From: Patescibacteria group bacterium
GTDB taxonomy: Bacteria; Patescibacteriota; Patescibacteriia; PEXW01
Direction: 5' to 3'
Length of the DNA stretch: 64,000 bases
Assembly (NCBI GenBank): GCA_038063455.1
Contig: JBBTVB010000006.1
Location: 39,234-103,233, forward strand
The notes beneath the pieces are model-generated. The model worked only from the letters and a program-made list of their open reading frames with translations, was not told the DNA's origin and ran no database searches. Both the position numbers and the translations under genes were made by a program. Position 1 is the stretch's first letter; each line of letters starts with the position of its first letter. Positions 9,457 to 18,687 of the stretch are shown here, one piece after another.

Positions 9457-10065
9457 CTAGTAAAAATTGAAAGAACTGAGAGTTTTATTGTACTCCTCTT
9501 CAAATGTTTCAAAGGCGCTCTTTGCGCCAACACTACCTGTTATTTGAATTGCAACATTTCCCTTCTTAACACTTGCAACAACAAAAGGAAATGTAAAAAA
9601 CTCCGATACTGTGCGTATCGCCTCTTGACCATCAACTACGACCGCTTTTTGAGATCGAATTGTATTGTCCTGCACCCCCTCCGCTGCAAGAGTTTGAAGA
9701 CTTACGCTGGGATCAATGTGTTTGGCGGCTATCGTGAACTTTAGTCCAGCCAGCAATTCAGTATCAACATTTTGTACTGCCGCGATCGGGTCAAGAAAGG
9801 AAATCACTTCGCTGTTTGCGAATGGTTCAAGCGTCCATGAGGCGGGAATGGAAATACTATACCTATAGTTGGTATTTGTTAAAACATTTTTCTCTTTGCC
9901 TATAGAGTACACTACCGATGATACCTGGCTCTCAACTTGAGTTCCCTGTTTATCTTTCTTCGTCAACCAAAAAGCCGTCCCAATAGCACCTATTGCAAAG
10001 AAGGCTGTGATAAGAACATAGTGCACGCTGCGGTATGAGAATGAAAGGTGAAATGTATTTTGCAT
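9457..10065 (-). CDS. Membrane-anchored PsbP/DcrB-like hypothetical protein
   Basis: N-terminal TM; YSISIPASW, VDGQEAIR and terminal LSSFNF pattern. Confidence 0.6.
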   Translation of the reverse strand: MQNTFHLSFSYRSVHYVLITAFFAIGAIGTAFWLTKKDKQGTQVESQVSSVVYSIGKEKNVLTNTNYRYSISIPASWTLEPFANSEVISFLDPIAAVQNVDTELLAGLKFTIAAKHIDPSVSLQTLAAEGVQDNTIRSQKAVVVDGQEAIRTVSEFFTFPFVVASVKKGNVAIQITGSVGAKSAFETFEEEYNKTLSSFNFY

Positions 10066-10149
10066 ATGATAGGAGTTGAGTATAGTAATATTTTTAATAA
10101 GGGGGAGGCAATAATGTCTTACCTCCCCTAGTATAGCAAGTGAAGTGAC

Positions 10150-10836
10150 CTACTGCGTACTCATACATAATTGGTTGGATGAGTAGTAACTATTAATTAA
10201 CAGGGGGTCCTTTCCAGAAATACCATTCTGTATCACGGAAGACCCTTTCCTATACACCACAAAATGGATATGCGGTGTAGTGGTTCCAGTATTTCCGACT
10301 TGACCCAAATATTGCCCTTGAGAAACCCATTGCCCAACGCTTACAGCAATACTGAGCATATGGGCAATGCGGTATCTATATCCATTGCCCGCATCTACAA
10401 GGATGAAATGGCCATAACCTGTCCAACCGCGAACAACTTGGATAACAGTGCCATTCGCCGGAGCAGGAATAGCGTGACCATAATCTTGCCAACCAGGCAA
10501 GCTCCAATCAACAGCGTTATAGTCAGACCCCGTATGATAGGATGACCCACCATTAGGCCCATACCCTGCAGAAATGTAGTAACTTCCACAGAAGGGAAAC
10601 TTCCAACCACCAGGATACGCATTGTAACTCGCCGTCGCCATCCCCTGCCGCTGGTCGCGCGTGCCAGTGATGGAATCGGTTGAGGTCTGGGTATTGTCCA
10701 TTGCCGCAGCAACAGACTCGATCGGGTTGGAAGATTTCTCTTCCGAGCAGCCAACCAGCAGGTTAGTTGCGTAGATGCCAGCCACGAGGGCCAGCGTGAG
10801 CACGAGGGTGTTCCTCGATTTCATGATGTAGTCCAT
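10150..10836 (-). CDS. M23 family metallopeptidase, putative lipoprotein
   Basis: Lipobox LLVG-C; APANGTV, GYGHFILVD, RIAHM, GQWVSQGQYLGQVGNTG and PHIHF motifs. Confidence 0.9.
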   Translation of the reverse strand: MDYIMKSRNTLVLTLALVAGIYATNLLVGCSEEKSSNPIESVAAAMDNTQTSTDSITGTRDQRQGMATASYNAYPGGWKFPFCGSYYISAGYGPNGGSSYHTGSDYNAVDWSLPGWQDYGHAIPAPANGTVIQVVRGWTGYGHFILVDAGNGYRYRIAHMLSIAVSVGQWVSQGQYLGQVGNTGTTTPHIHFVVYRKGSSVIQNGISGKDPLLINSYYSSNQLCMSTQ

Positions 10837-11133
10837 TCTGCAAGCCCTCGAGGCTTGCGGGTGTTGTGTTTGTACTCAGACAGTTGTTTTTCCTCGTGTT
10901 CGCGGTACACGGGCACCGGTGGTAGGTCTGCCAGCCTTTCCAGTTCTAGCAGAATGCACCTCACTTTCTTGGGAATGTACGTTGTGGGTTTATGAGGGAC
11001 TATTCCCTCGGGTGTTTGTTTACAAATGTAGGCTAACACGAATATTTAGTGTTTTTTCCTGAGTTATCCACGACAGAACAGCGCCGTCGCGACGGCGACT
11101 ATCCCTCGTCAGTAAAATGCCTAAAGCCCAATA

Positions 11134-11724
11134 TTATCGCTTTTTCCAGCCCTCATCCTGGTCTACCAAGCGGTCTTTAATGACCTTGCGCAGGTAGTCC
11201 GCCTTCTTCAGTTTCGCTTTCTTCGCCCGCCAATCCAGGTAGTCATTGAGCTCTTTGGTTAAGCGGAAGGTAAATTTAATGGTCGGCAATTCCTGCGTCT
11301 GCTCTGCCTCGAGTGCGTTTACAAAATCCGTCACCATTTTTTGTGCTTGATTGCCGCCGTAGCTGTGTACTTTAATTGTGCTGGAGATGTTTTTCCCTTC
11401 CAAAAATTTTAGGACTCCGCGGTTCGAAATGTCTTTATCATACAAGTACAACGTCGGACGGCGCTGGCTTATGGCGTAGGCCAGCAAGTAGCCCAGGTCG
11501 GCATCTGGCGTGGAGCCTTCAATAATGAACGCGTCCATCTTGTCCAGCAAGCTGCCGCCCTTTTCCGCAATTTCATCCATCTCGGCTTTGGGCATGTCCA
11601 AACTATTCTGCCCGTCGTTCGTAATAAAAAAGGTGTGTCGGTCTTTCAGCACACCAAGCAAATCCTGGCGCACATTGGCCAGTCGCTCTTTGCTGCTCGG
11701 AGCTTGGAAGTAGTACACGCGCAT
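11134..11724 (-). CDS. Nucleoside 2-deoxyribosyltransferase-like domain fused to a ribbon-helix-helix domain
   Basis: DAFIIEGSTPDADLGYLLAYAISQRRPTLYLY; C-terminal KFTFRLTKELNDYLDWRAKK...KADYLRKVI. Confidence 0.65.
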   Translation of the reverse strand: MRVYYFQAPSSKERLANVRQDLLGVLKDRHTFFITNDGQNSLDMPKAEMDEIAEKGGSLLDKMDAFIIEGSTPDADLGYLLAYAISQRRPTLYLYDKDISNRGVLKFLEGKNISSTIKVHSYGGNQAQKMVTDFVNALEAEQTQELPTIKFTFRLTKELNDYLDWRAKKAKLKKADYLRKVIKDRLVDQDEGWKKR

Positions 11725-11726
11725 AC

Positions 11727-12737
11727 CTAGGTGGGGCTAACTACTTCCCCGGCCTGGTCGGCCAGCATGAAGGTCCTCAGCTTAGCCAGGGGTAGTTTTG
11801 CGCCTAACCCCCACATGAGTTTGACCAGCGTCACTTCCATGCTCATGCGGTTGATAAAAACCCGATTTGGGCCAGAGACAGGTGGCGACGACACACCCCG
11901 GCTGTAAATGACAACTGGCACAGACCCATCTATGCGACTATCGAGCATACTGAGAAACCGCAGGAGTGTGCCGAGGTCGGCATACCGCACCACAAAGCCG
12001 TGCGCGCGCTGCAAATCCATACGCTCAAAGGTATGCAAATCTACACCGGGTTGCAGGTCGATAAGCTGCACGCGGTCATCAGCGGCGACTTTAATGGCGG
12101 GTAACGTGGAATTGCGTTTTGGCGCAGTTGGCAGTAAACGAACCCCTAAGGTGAGCGAGCCAACGTACTCATCGCCAAGCGCGTCAAAGAAGTTCGTCGA
12201 CACATCGTCCGAGCGCACAGCCCGTACCGCCTTGAGCAAACGATTACCAAACATAATAAGCACGCCCGAAACATCGAGCGTGGCGGTTTGGATGGCGTTG
12301 AGTAAATGGACTTTATAGCCGAGCTGGCCAAATTGGTCTAAAAATGAATCCAGCTTTACGGCCACTTTCGAAACGAGATTTGCCCCAGAGGCTGTGAGTA
12401 CTACCGGTTTGCCCAACCCGCGGAACATCATGGCCAGCATGCTGCCGGTGTAGGCCATGGTTTCCAGGTCATGGATGACGACAAAACCATCATACCGACG
12501 CAAGCCACTGCGCAACACGCTTCCCAGGCGTACCCAGTTTTCCGCCGACGTTACCGGCCCTTCGGTTGGCACGAATTGTACATCGACATTGGCTAGCACC
12601 TGCAACTCCGCATGTCTTTTTGCCCAGGTGTCTAACACTTGTCGTTTTGGGTTTTTTGTACGTATGCCAAGGTCAGGCAGGATTGAGCTGCCGAATAACA
12701 GAATTGCGACTTTTTTCCGGGCTACGATCTTTGCCAT
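11727..12737 (-). CDS. L-asparaginase-like protein with degenerate catalytic motifs
   Basis: YDGFVVIHDLETMAYTGSML, KPVVLTAS and MSMEVTLVKLMWGLG; the GGT and HGTDT motifs are altered. Confidence 0.8.
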   Translation of the reverse strand: MAKIVARKKVAILLFGSSILPDLGIRTKNPKRQVLDTWAKRHAELQVLANVDVQFVPTEGPVTSAENWVRLGSVLRSGLRRYDGFVVIHDLETMAYTGSMLAMMFRGLGKPVVLTASGANLVSKVAVKLDSFLDQFGQLGYKVHLLNAIQTATLDVSGVLIMFGNRLLKAVRAVRSDDVSTNFFDALGDEYVGSLTLGVRLLPTAPKRNSTLPAIKVAADDRVQLIDLQPGVDLHTFERMDLQRAHGFVVRYADLGTLLRFLSMLDSRIDGSVPVVIYSRGVSSPPVSGPNRVFINRMSMEVTLVKLMWGLGAKLPLAKLRTFMLADQAGEVVSPT

Positions 12738-12818
12738 TGGTATTAGGGTACTGCGACGGCTAGCTGTTGGTCAATAAAATGTATACCTCGGGTATCCCCT
12801 ACGATTTACTGGTTCCCT

Positions 12819-12840
12819 CCCCTCCTTATCTAAGGAGGGG
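12819..12840. repeat. REP-like palindrome downstream of the DUF559 gene
   Basis: CCCCTCCTTA-TC-TAAGGAGGGG; a related copy lies at 13325-13346. Confidence 0.75.
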
Positions 12841-12917
12841 CAAAAAATTACCATTACTTAATGCGTAAGACTTTTTCTGCGACTACTCTGCTCACCGTCA
12901 AGCTCCTGGGGTGGTAA

Positions 12918-13286
12918 CTACGGACAAGGGTGTTGCAACGCACAACGTATGTAGTCTAAAGCGCCGTACTGGTTAACGCTAATCGATCGGGCAGAGAGGC
13001 GTATTACACGAAGCCCGAGTTGCTCCAAATATCGGTCGCGCAATCTGTCTTTTTGTATTTTGCCTGGCTCTCCGTGCTGGTCACCATCAACTTCAATGAC
13101 GAGGCGTTTTGCTGGACAATAGAAGTCAACAATATACCTGCCAATACTATGTTGACGTCTAAATTTTGCACCGAGTCCTTTGCCTTTGAGATGCGCCCAA
13201 AGTACAACTTCTGGCGGCGTCATATTTTTGCGCAGTTGCCTGCGGTACATTGCTAACCGGGTATGATTATGTATAGCTTGGGTCAT
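12918..13286 (-). CDS. DUF559 / Vsr-like endonuclease
   Basis: LRKNMTPPEVVLW, KFRRQHSIGRYIVDFYC, LVIEVDGDQH and RDRYLEQLGLRVIR; start moved to ATG 13286 because the longer ORF begins inside the palindrome. Confidence 0.92.
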   Translation of the reverse strand: MTQAIHNHTRLAMYRRQLRKNMTPPEVVLWAHLKGKGLGAKFRRQHSIGRYIVDFYCPAKRLVIEVDGDQHGEPGKIQKDRLRDRYLEQLGLRVIRLSARSISVNQYGALDYIRCALQHPCP

Positions 13287-13291
13287 AATAA

Positions 13292-13346
13292 TTACCACCC
13301 CGGCTCCCGCTGTGGCGGGATCCACCCCTCCTTATGCAAGGAGGGG
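13292..13346. repeat. REP-like palindromes upstream of the DUF559 gene
   Basis: TTACCACCCC (inverted copy GGGGTGGTAA at ~12907-12917), TCCCGC-TGTG-GCGGGA and CCCCTCCTT-ATGC-AAGGAGGGG. Confidence 0.75.
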
Positions 13347-13379
13347 AAGGGTAAGTTACATCCAAATAGCTTACGCATA

Positions 13380-13799
13380 CTACTTAGTACGCAAATGCAT
13401 CGTTCGACGAAAAATATCTTGTACTAGGACGAGGATAAAACCGGTTAGCCATGCGGCGATTACGATTATGAGTCCAAACCAAGGGTAAAGAGCATCCATG
13501 TCATAGCGGCTATAGGCTGATCCGGCGGGTGTCGTTTGTGTCACCCAATACTTGAAAGCGAATGGGGAAAGAGCACTCAAGATGACGAAAAAACTTCCCA
13601 GCATTATTCCGAGCCGAAAGAATTTTTGCTTCATCGTGCCAGATATGAACGCAAAGACCACGGCAAGGAGAACTGGCAGGATGACCTGGGCGAATGTTTT
13701 TACTGTTCCGGTATCGCCAATGTCCTTACGGAAATAGATGAGCGCTGCAGACAGTATTGCACCGAACACGCCTATGACGATGGGGAAATATTTTTTCAT
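13380..13799 (-). CDS. Hypothetical 4-TM membrane protein
   Basis: 139-aa ORF with four hydrophobic segments. Confidence 0.75.
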   Translation of the reverse strand: MKKYFPIVIGVFGAILSAALIYFRKDIGDTGTVKTFAQVILPVLLAVVFAFISGTMKQKFFRLGIMLGSFFVILSALSPFAFKYWVTQTTPAGSAYSRYDMDALYPWFGLIIVIAAWLTGFILVLVQDIFRRTMHLRTK

Positions 13800-13887
13800 A
13801 CTCGAGGGATAAATTGAGATGCCGCCGCGTCCTTTAGGGAGTTGACTGGCATAGAAGGTCGTCCAAAAGTATGGACGACCCGAAGAA

Positions 13888-14361
13888 CTAGTACTGCAAA
13901 CGGTAGCTGCTCGGACTACTTGTACAGGCGGCGGGTATTTTGGTACCCATAAATATCATGATGCGAAAACCTGATGAGGTCCAGCGGGCATCATGCAACT
14001 TAACTAAAGGGTAACCAAATGGCTGCCACTGCCCGGTACGTAATCGACCATAGAAATACACGGTCCCAGGATTGTACGGAAGGTAGAATACGGCCATCCA
14101 GTCGTCATCCCCTTCGATGTTGTCATGCCACGGGATAACCCCATATGCGTGCGTCGCACCCAAGACTGTGGCTTCGGGTCGAGGGCGTTCCTGATGACCG
14201 ACGGTATCAACCACGCCAAGGACGATAGGCTCGGTAACCATACCTGCCAGTGAATCAGACTGGTTTGTGGTCCCAGCTGAAGTGGGCTGTACCGGTGAGG
14301 TATTACACCCCACCAACCCCATGACGAGCAATACTGCTGCAGTTGCGAGAATCCGTTTCAT
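13888..14361 (-). CDS. Hypothetical lipoprotein
   Basis: AGGAG RBS before MKRILATAAVLLVMGLVG-C lipobox. Confidence 0.75.
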   Translation of the reverse strand: MKRILATAAVLLVMGLVGCNTSPVQPTSAGTTNQSDSLAGMVTEPIVLGVVDTVGHQERPRPEATVLGATHAYGVIPWHDNIEGDDDWMAVFYLPYNPGTVYFYGRLRTGQWQPFGYPLVKLHDARWTSSGFRIMIFMGTKIPAACTSSPSSYRLQY

Positions 14362-14543
14362 GGGATTCTCCTTTCTTTGAAAGAACATTATGGATTGTGC
14401 TACTCACCTCCTTTCCAGGTTAGATGAATAGCGTTTGTTGTTAGTTACAGGCTACCAGGTATTTTTGGTGTTTTTTGCTCACTTATCCACGACAAAAGCG
14501 CGCCGTCGCGACGGCGCTGGTTTCATAAAAAACCTCTCAATTG

Positions 14544-16238
14544 CTACCACCCTCCTCCCCCGCCTCCGCCAAACCCACCCCCAGAGAAGCCACCCCCGCC
14601 CGCCCCAGAACTGCTCGGAGCGGTTGCGAGTGCACTGTGTACGTCGCTAGAAAAACCGCCAATGCTGTTGGCAAAGAGTAACGCGTTAAAGGTCCCTAGG
14701 TTGTCGCTATACCAGCCCGGTTGCGGAATAGCCAGGTCTGCAAACTGCCCTGCCCACTCTTTTTCCACGCCTAGGGCCACGGCGTAGGGCAAAAATTCCA
14801 TAAACTGCTCGGGCTTGCGCGCTGGGGCATTGTGAAACTTTAAGCGTTCGGCTTCCGTCACGGAGAGAAACCATGTAAACCCTTGGACCTCTTCCAATAT
14901 CTCTGCGCCTAGTTTGGTACGCGCTGGCATCAGCAGGCCATAGATGACGACAATAAGCGCCGAGCCTAATGCCGCCAAGAATGGCACGACAAGCAGCGTC
15001 CCTTGTTGCAGGATGGCAAAGAGCAGGCATGTGCCTACCCCAAGCAAGCCCAGACCTATGCTGGCCGCTTGCACCATGCGCGGGTCGCGTGCGTAGACAC
15101 CTTGCGTTACCAATTGGTTGCGGGCATCAGCGATGACGGCTTGATACGTTGTGGCAAATTTGTATTTTAGCGATTGCGTTGTTACTACGGTGCCGTCTTT
15201 GAAGAGCCCTTCGAGTAAAGTTTTTTCGTATGCCTGCAACTGCTGGTCTGGCGCCTTACGCCGCGTGAATTCATAGTTGTGTTTGTTCCCTAGCATGCCG
15301 GCTTGGCCCAGGTCTTGTATGCTTAGGTAGCCGCGGATGGCAAGGTGCAGGATAGTCGCAGCAAACTCTTTAGCGCCAACTTGGTTGTCGGCAACCGCAC
15401 CAACCACCGCCGGGAACATGCCGCGCGGACTTTCGTACTGCGGAATTACGGTGCCCCGGCCTTTGGGGTCCCGCCCGCGTTTGTGCCACTGCCAGTGCAT
15501 AATGATGAGTGCCAGCAATGGCAAGAGCACAATCCAGTTGTCTTGCACAAAATAGCCAACGCGGGTTTGCGTGGTTTCCGTGGCAACGGTTCCTGCCGGG
15601 AGCCGCGCCGCTATGGTTAGGCCTTCACCGGTCGCTAGCGCTTCCGCGGAAAATGTGACGACGCTATGCTCGCCAGCCTTTACCGTACAATCCTGCGCGG
15701 TGGAACTCAGCACGCCCGTGTAGCAGGAAGGCTGAAGCGCCTCGGCATCATTGTGTAGCGTGAGGGTTGCTGAGGCAACAGCAATCGGCACATCCCACCC
15801 ATTACCAGTTACATTCCAGTACACTTCATCCTGCCCATCAAACTGGGGCAACGCACGTTTAACTGTGTACTGAATAATGTACGTGTGCGCTCCAGTTACA
15901 GTTACGTCAGGATCGCCAATGCGGATGCGTAACTGGCCGCTCGGGTGTTGAAGTTTATAGGGCTGCGGTGTTGACACACCATCGGTCACCCTCTGTATGT
16001 CGTAACGGACAGTAAATCGCTGGCCGCTTTTTTTGTACGTCACTGGCAAGTCGCGGTAGATACCATGGTGGGACACGTTCGCAAAATCGTACGCAATATG
16101 CTCGACCACCTGGATGGTGCGGTCAGGCCGCACGGTAAGCTCTGCCCGGAAGTTGGTAATATGCTCACCACCATTCCCTTGAGCCAGCGCTGGCCAAGGG
16201 AACAGGATAAACGCAGCAATAAGGAGCCAACGTCGCAT
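14544..16238 (-). CDS. DUF2207 (YciQ-like) membrane protein
   Basis: HGIYRDLP, DEVYWNVTGNGW, FLPYAVALGV and Gly-rich GGGGGGW tail; start MRRWLL lies 6 nt after TATACT. Confidence 0.92.
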   Translation of the reverse strand: MRRWLLIAAFILFPWPALAQGNGGEHITNFRAELTVRPDRTIQVVEHIAYDFANVSHHGIYRDLPVTYKKSGQRFTVRYDIQRVTDGVSTPQPYKLQHPSGQLRIRIGDPDVTVTGAHTYIIQYTVKRALPQFDGQDEVYWNVTGNGWDVPIAVASATLTLHNDAEALQPSCYTGVLSSTAQDCTVKAGEHSVVTFSAEALATGEGLTIAARLPAGTVATETTQTRVGYFVQDNWIVLLPLLALIIMHWQWHKRGRDPKGRGTVIPQYESPRGMFPAVVGAVADNQVGAKEFAATILHLAIRGYLSIQDLGQAGMLGNKHNYEFTRRKAPDQQLQAYEKTLLEGLFKDGTVVTTQSLKYKFATTYQAVIADARNQLVTQGVYARDPRMVQAASIGLGLLGVGTCLLFAILQQGTLLVVPFLAALGSALIVVIYGLLMPARTKLGAEILEEVQGFTWFLSVTEAERLKFHNAPARKPEQFMEFLPYAVALGVEKEWAGQFADLAIPQPGWYSDNLGTFNALLFANSIGGFSSDVHSALATAPSSSGAGGGGFSGGGFGGGGGGGW

Positions 16239-16323
16239 GCGAACAGTATAGCTTGCAAACAGCGAAAACAAAAAAGGCCGTACTGTATGTACGACCCTTG
16301 TGGAAAATCTACTCCCAGCTGGG

Positions 16324-16599
16324 CTAGGGCCGCAGCATAATATGCTTGCAGCCTGGGCAGGTAAAGGTGGTTTTTTGGTCTGCCTGTATTCCGCAGCGGG
16401 TATCAAATGTTGCATTACATTCGATACATTTAAAGTACTTAAGCTCATCGGTAACTGCCCGGCAGTGTACACAGGGGCCATGCTGCGGCATAGGGATAGC
16501 TGCACCGACTGGCCCTTCAGCAGCTGCTACGAGAAAGTTAGGCATGCGCTCGGGTGCAAAGTCAGGCATGCGCGCGGGTACAAAGTAACCTTTACTCAC
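16324..16599 (-). CDS. Small Cys-rich PHD/RING-like zinc-finger protein
   Basis: CVHC-x11-CIEC-x4-D-x2-C-x11-CPGC; GTG start with AAGGA upstream; fills the gap between divergent genes. Confidence 0.65.
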   Translation of the reverse strand: MSKGYFVPARMPDFAPERMPNFLVAAAEGPVGAAIPMPQHGPCVHCRAVTDELKYFKCIECNATFDTRCGIQADQKTTFTCPGCKHIMLRP

Positions 16600-16688
16600 A
16601 AAAAGTCCTTTCGCTTTGGTGTATATGTTTTGTAATACCAGAGTCTATACGTCTGCTCGGTGAATGTCAAGCAGTGTATACTGCCCCT

Positions 16689-17348
16689 ATGGCAAAAACT
16701 ATCCGGGCACAGGATATTGGCATCATCATTTTTACCTTGGCCGCCGCTATCCTGTTTGTGGTGTGGGAACCCACACTGCCATCGCAGGCTACGGTAACGC
16801 AGTGGGTGCAGCGCTTTGGCGCAGCGGGCCCTTTAGCAGTTATTGGCCTGGTGGTGGTTGAAGTAGTTATTGCGCCTATCCCCGGCAGTTTTATTCCTAT
16901 TACCGTCGGCGCGCTCTTCGGCGTCTGGCCGGGCGTGCTCTATACCTGGGTCGGCAATGTCATTGGCGCGGTGATTGCTTTTTGGCTGGCGCGCCGCATT
17001 GGCCGGCCGCTCGTGATCCACTTCGTCAAACCTGCCACCCTCGATCGCTTGGATACCTTTATCCACCGAAACCCGCGCTTGCTCTGGTTGGTCTACATCC
17101 TGCCGGTCTACCCCATTGACCTCATAACTTTTGCCGTTGGGCTTTCCAGAATGAGTTTCAAGCGCTTTATGGTTATGATGACCATAAGCTTCTCTTTGCA
17201 CCAGCTCATTCTTACGGCAGTGGGCGAAAGACTCTTGGCAGCCACTGGCGGCACTCGCATCCTGATAGCGAGCTTGGCCGTGCTGCTGGTGCTTGGCACT
17301 CTAGGGGTGGAACGGCACTTTACGACAAAAGAAAAAACCACCGGCTAA
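16689..17348 (+). CDS. TVP38/TMEM64 (VTT/DedA) family membrane protein
   Basis: APIPG, GALFGVWPG, AFWLARRIGR and PIDLITFAVGLS; TATACT-N6-ATG. Confidence 0.9.
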   Translation: MAKTIRAQDIGIIIFTLAAAILFVVWEPTLPSQATVTQWVQRFGAAGPLAVIGLVVVEVVIAPIPGSFIPITVGALFGVWPGVLYTWVGNVIGAVIAFWLARRIGRPLVIHFVKPATLDRLDTFIHRNPRLLWLVYILPVYPIDLITFAVGLSRMSFKRFMVMMTISFSLHQLILTAVGERLLAATGGTRILIASLAVLLVLGTLGVERHFTTKEKTTG

Positions 17349-17363
17349 ACACCTCCGAGGTTT

Positions 17364-18650
17364 TTATATCCAGGGCCGGTACTGTCGCGTCAGCAACTCC
17401 CCCGCCCGTTCAGGCTCCGCCATTATTTCTTTTATCACTTTTTCGCAGCGCGTACCTTGCGAGGCTTTTACCAGGATCAGGTCGCCGGGGTGCAGTCGGT
17501 CTTGCAAGAAGTTACCGACGCCTTCGGGTTTGTCAAAACTGAATACCGTATCCTGATTCATACCCGCGGCTGTGGCAGTGTTAGCTATGTGCTTGGCTTG
17601 CTCCCCCACGGTTATCAGGATGTCAACTTTGCCCACAACATACCGCCCAATTTTTTGGTGCTCAGCATCGCTCACACTACCCAGCTCGCGCATGTCGCCG
17701 AGGATTGCATACTTTCGGCCGGCGGTGTGGAGCTCGTGGAGTGTATCCAGCGCCGCCACTGCTGCGGCGGGTGAGGAGTTGTAGGTGTCGTCAATAATCA
17801 CGGTCTGCTTGATGCCTTTGATAATCCGCATGCGCCCGGCTGGTGGTTGGTAACTTGCCAGCTGGCCAGCCACTGCCGCTAGGTTGAGCTTGAGCGCGTG
17901 TGCCACACCAAAGGCTGCACCAACGGCAGTTAATGAATGGCGGCCGAGCGTATCTCGTATCACTATAGGTAAGGTGCTGCCAGCGACTTCCACTTTCGCA
18001 GTAATGCCCTGCACATCTTGCGCTGTTGAGCCAAGAATTGCCGCGTGGGTAAGTTGCACGTCGGCCGATTGTACCTGGCTAAAGGTCACTACCTTGCCAG
18101 GGGCGGAAGCTTTTGCCGAAAGCACTTCGGGGTCGTCCGCGTTGATAACCGCAGTTGCCGTTGCGGGCAACAAAGTGACCATCTTTCGCTCTTCCTCGGC
18201 CGCGGCTTGCACGCTCCCAAAAAATTCCACGTGCTCCACGGTGGCGGCCGTCAGCACGCCCACCGTTGGGTGGATCCACGCGAGGAGTCGGTCAATATCC
18301 CCTACCTTGTCTGCGCCCAACTCCAGCACGAGCAGGTTCGGGTACGTAGCGTTGCGGCGACCAAAAGCTAGTAGCCAGCCGCGCTGCAAAATGCCGAACC
18401 ATTTCCAGAGTGATCGATAGCCGGTCTCTTCCCGCAGGATAGAGAGCGGTACGCCAAGCTCTTGGTTATAGCTCCGCAAGGTTTGACCCACGCGGTAATC
18501 CTTACCCAGAGCTAAGGCGATTGCTTGGACTGCCGAGGTCTTGCCTACCGAGCCAGCCACGCCAACAATGACCGGCGCGTAGCGCGCCAGGACGCGCTTG
18601 GCCAAAAAGGTGAGTTTCCACTGGAGGATGCGAAGGGCAAGAGTTTTCAT
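17364..18650 (-). CDS. murF: UDP-N-acetylmuramoyl-tripeptide--D-Ala-D-Ala ligase
   Basis: GSVGKTS, SYNQELGVPL, IDDTYNSSP, LGDMRELG and LVKASQG. Confidence 0.93.
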   Translation of the reverse strand: MKTLALRILQWKLTFLAKRVLARYAPVIVGVAGSVGKTSAVQAIALALGKDYRVGQTLRSYNQELGVPLSILREETGYRSLWKWFGILQRGWLLAFGRRNATYPNLLVLELGADKVGDIDRLLAWIHPTVGVLTAATVEHVEFFGSVQAAAEEERKMVTLLPATATAVINADDPEVLSAKASAPGKVVTFSQVQSADVQLTHAAILGSTAQDVQGITAKVEVAGSTLPIVIRDTLGRHSLTAVGAAFGVAHALKLNLAAVAGQLASYQPPAGRMRIIKGIKQTVIIDDTYNSSPAAAVAALDTLHELHTAGRKYAILGDMRELGSVSDAEHQKIGRYVVGKVDILITVGEQAKHIANTATAAGMNQDTVFSFDKPEGVGNFLQDRLHPGDLILVKASQGTRCEKVIKEIMAEPERAGELLTRQYRPWI

Positions 18651-18687
18651 ACACAGAAGCTAGCAGGGATTGTGCGGATTGTCAGGT

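Noticed and set aside
10837-11030. Riboswitch upstream of the M23 gene, or the 72-aa ORF there
   Set aside because: Two small hairpins are present but no recognisable aptamer consensus; the ORF lacks support.
14544-14612. G-rich low-complexity repeat
   Set aside because: It encodes the normal Gly-rich C-terminus of DUF2207 proteins.
16239-16505. N-terminal extension of DUF2207 in the ORF track (similar extensions on rsmH, manC, pcm, the pseudouridine synthase, the ATPase and GIY-YIG)
   Set aside because: The extensions overlap neighbouring genes or repeats; downstream ATGs fit family starts and, in several cases, -10 boxes.
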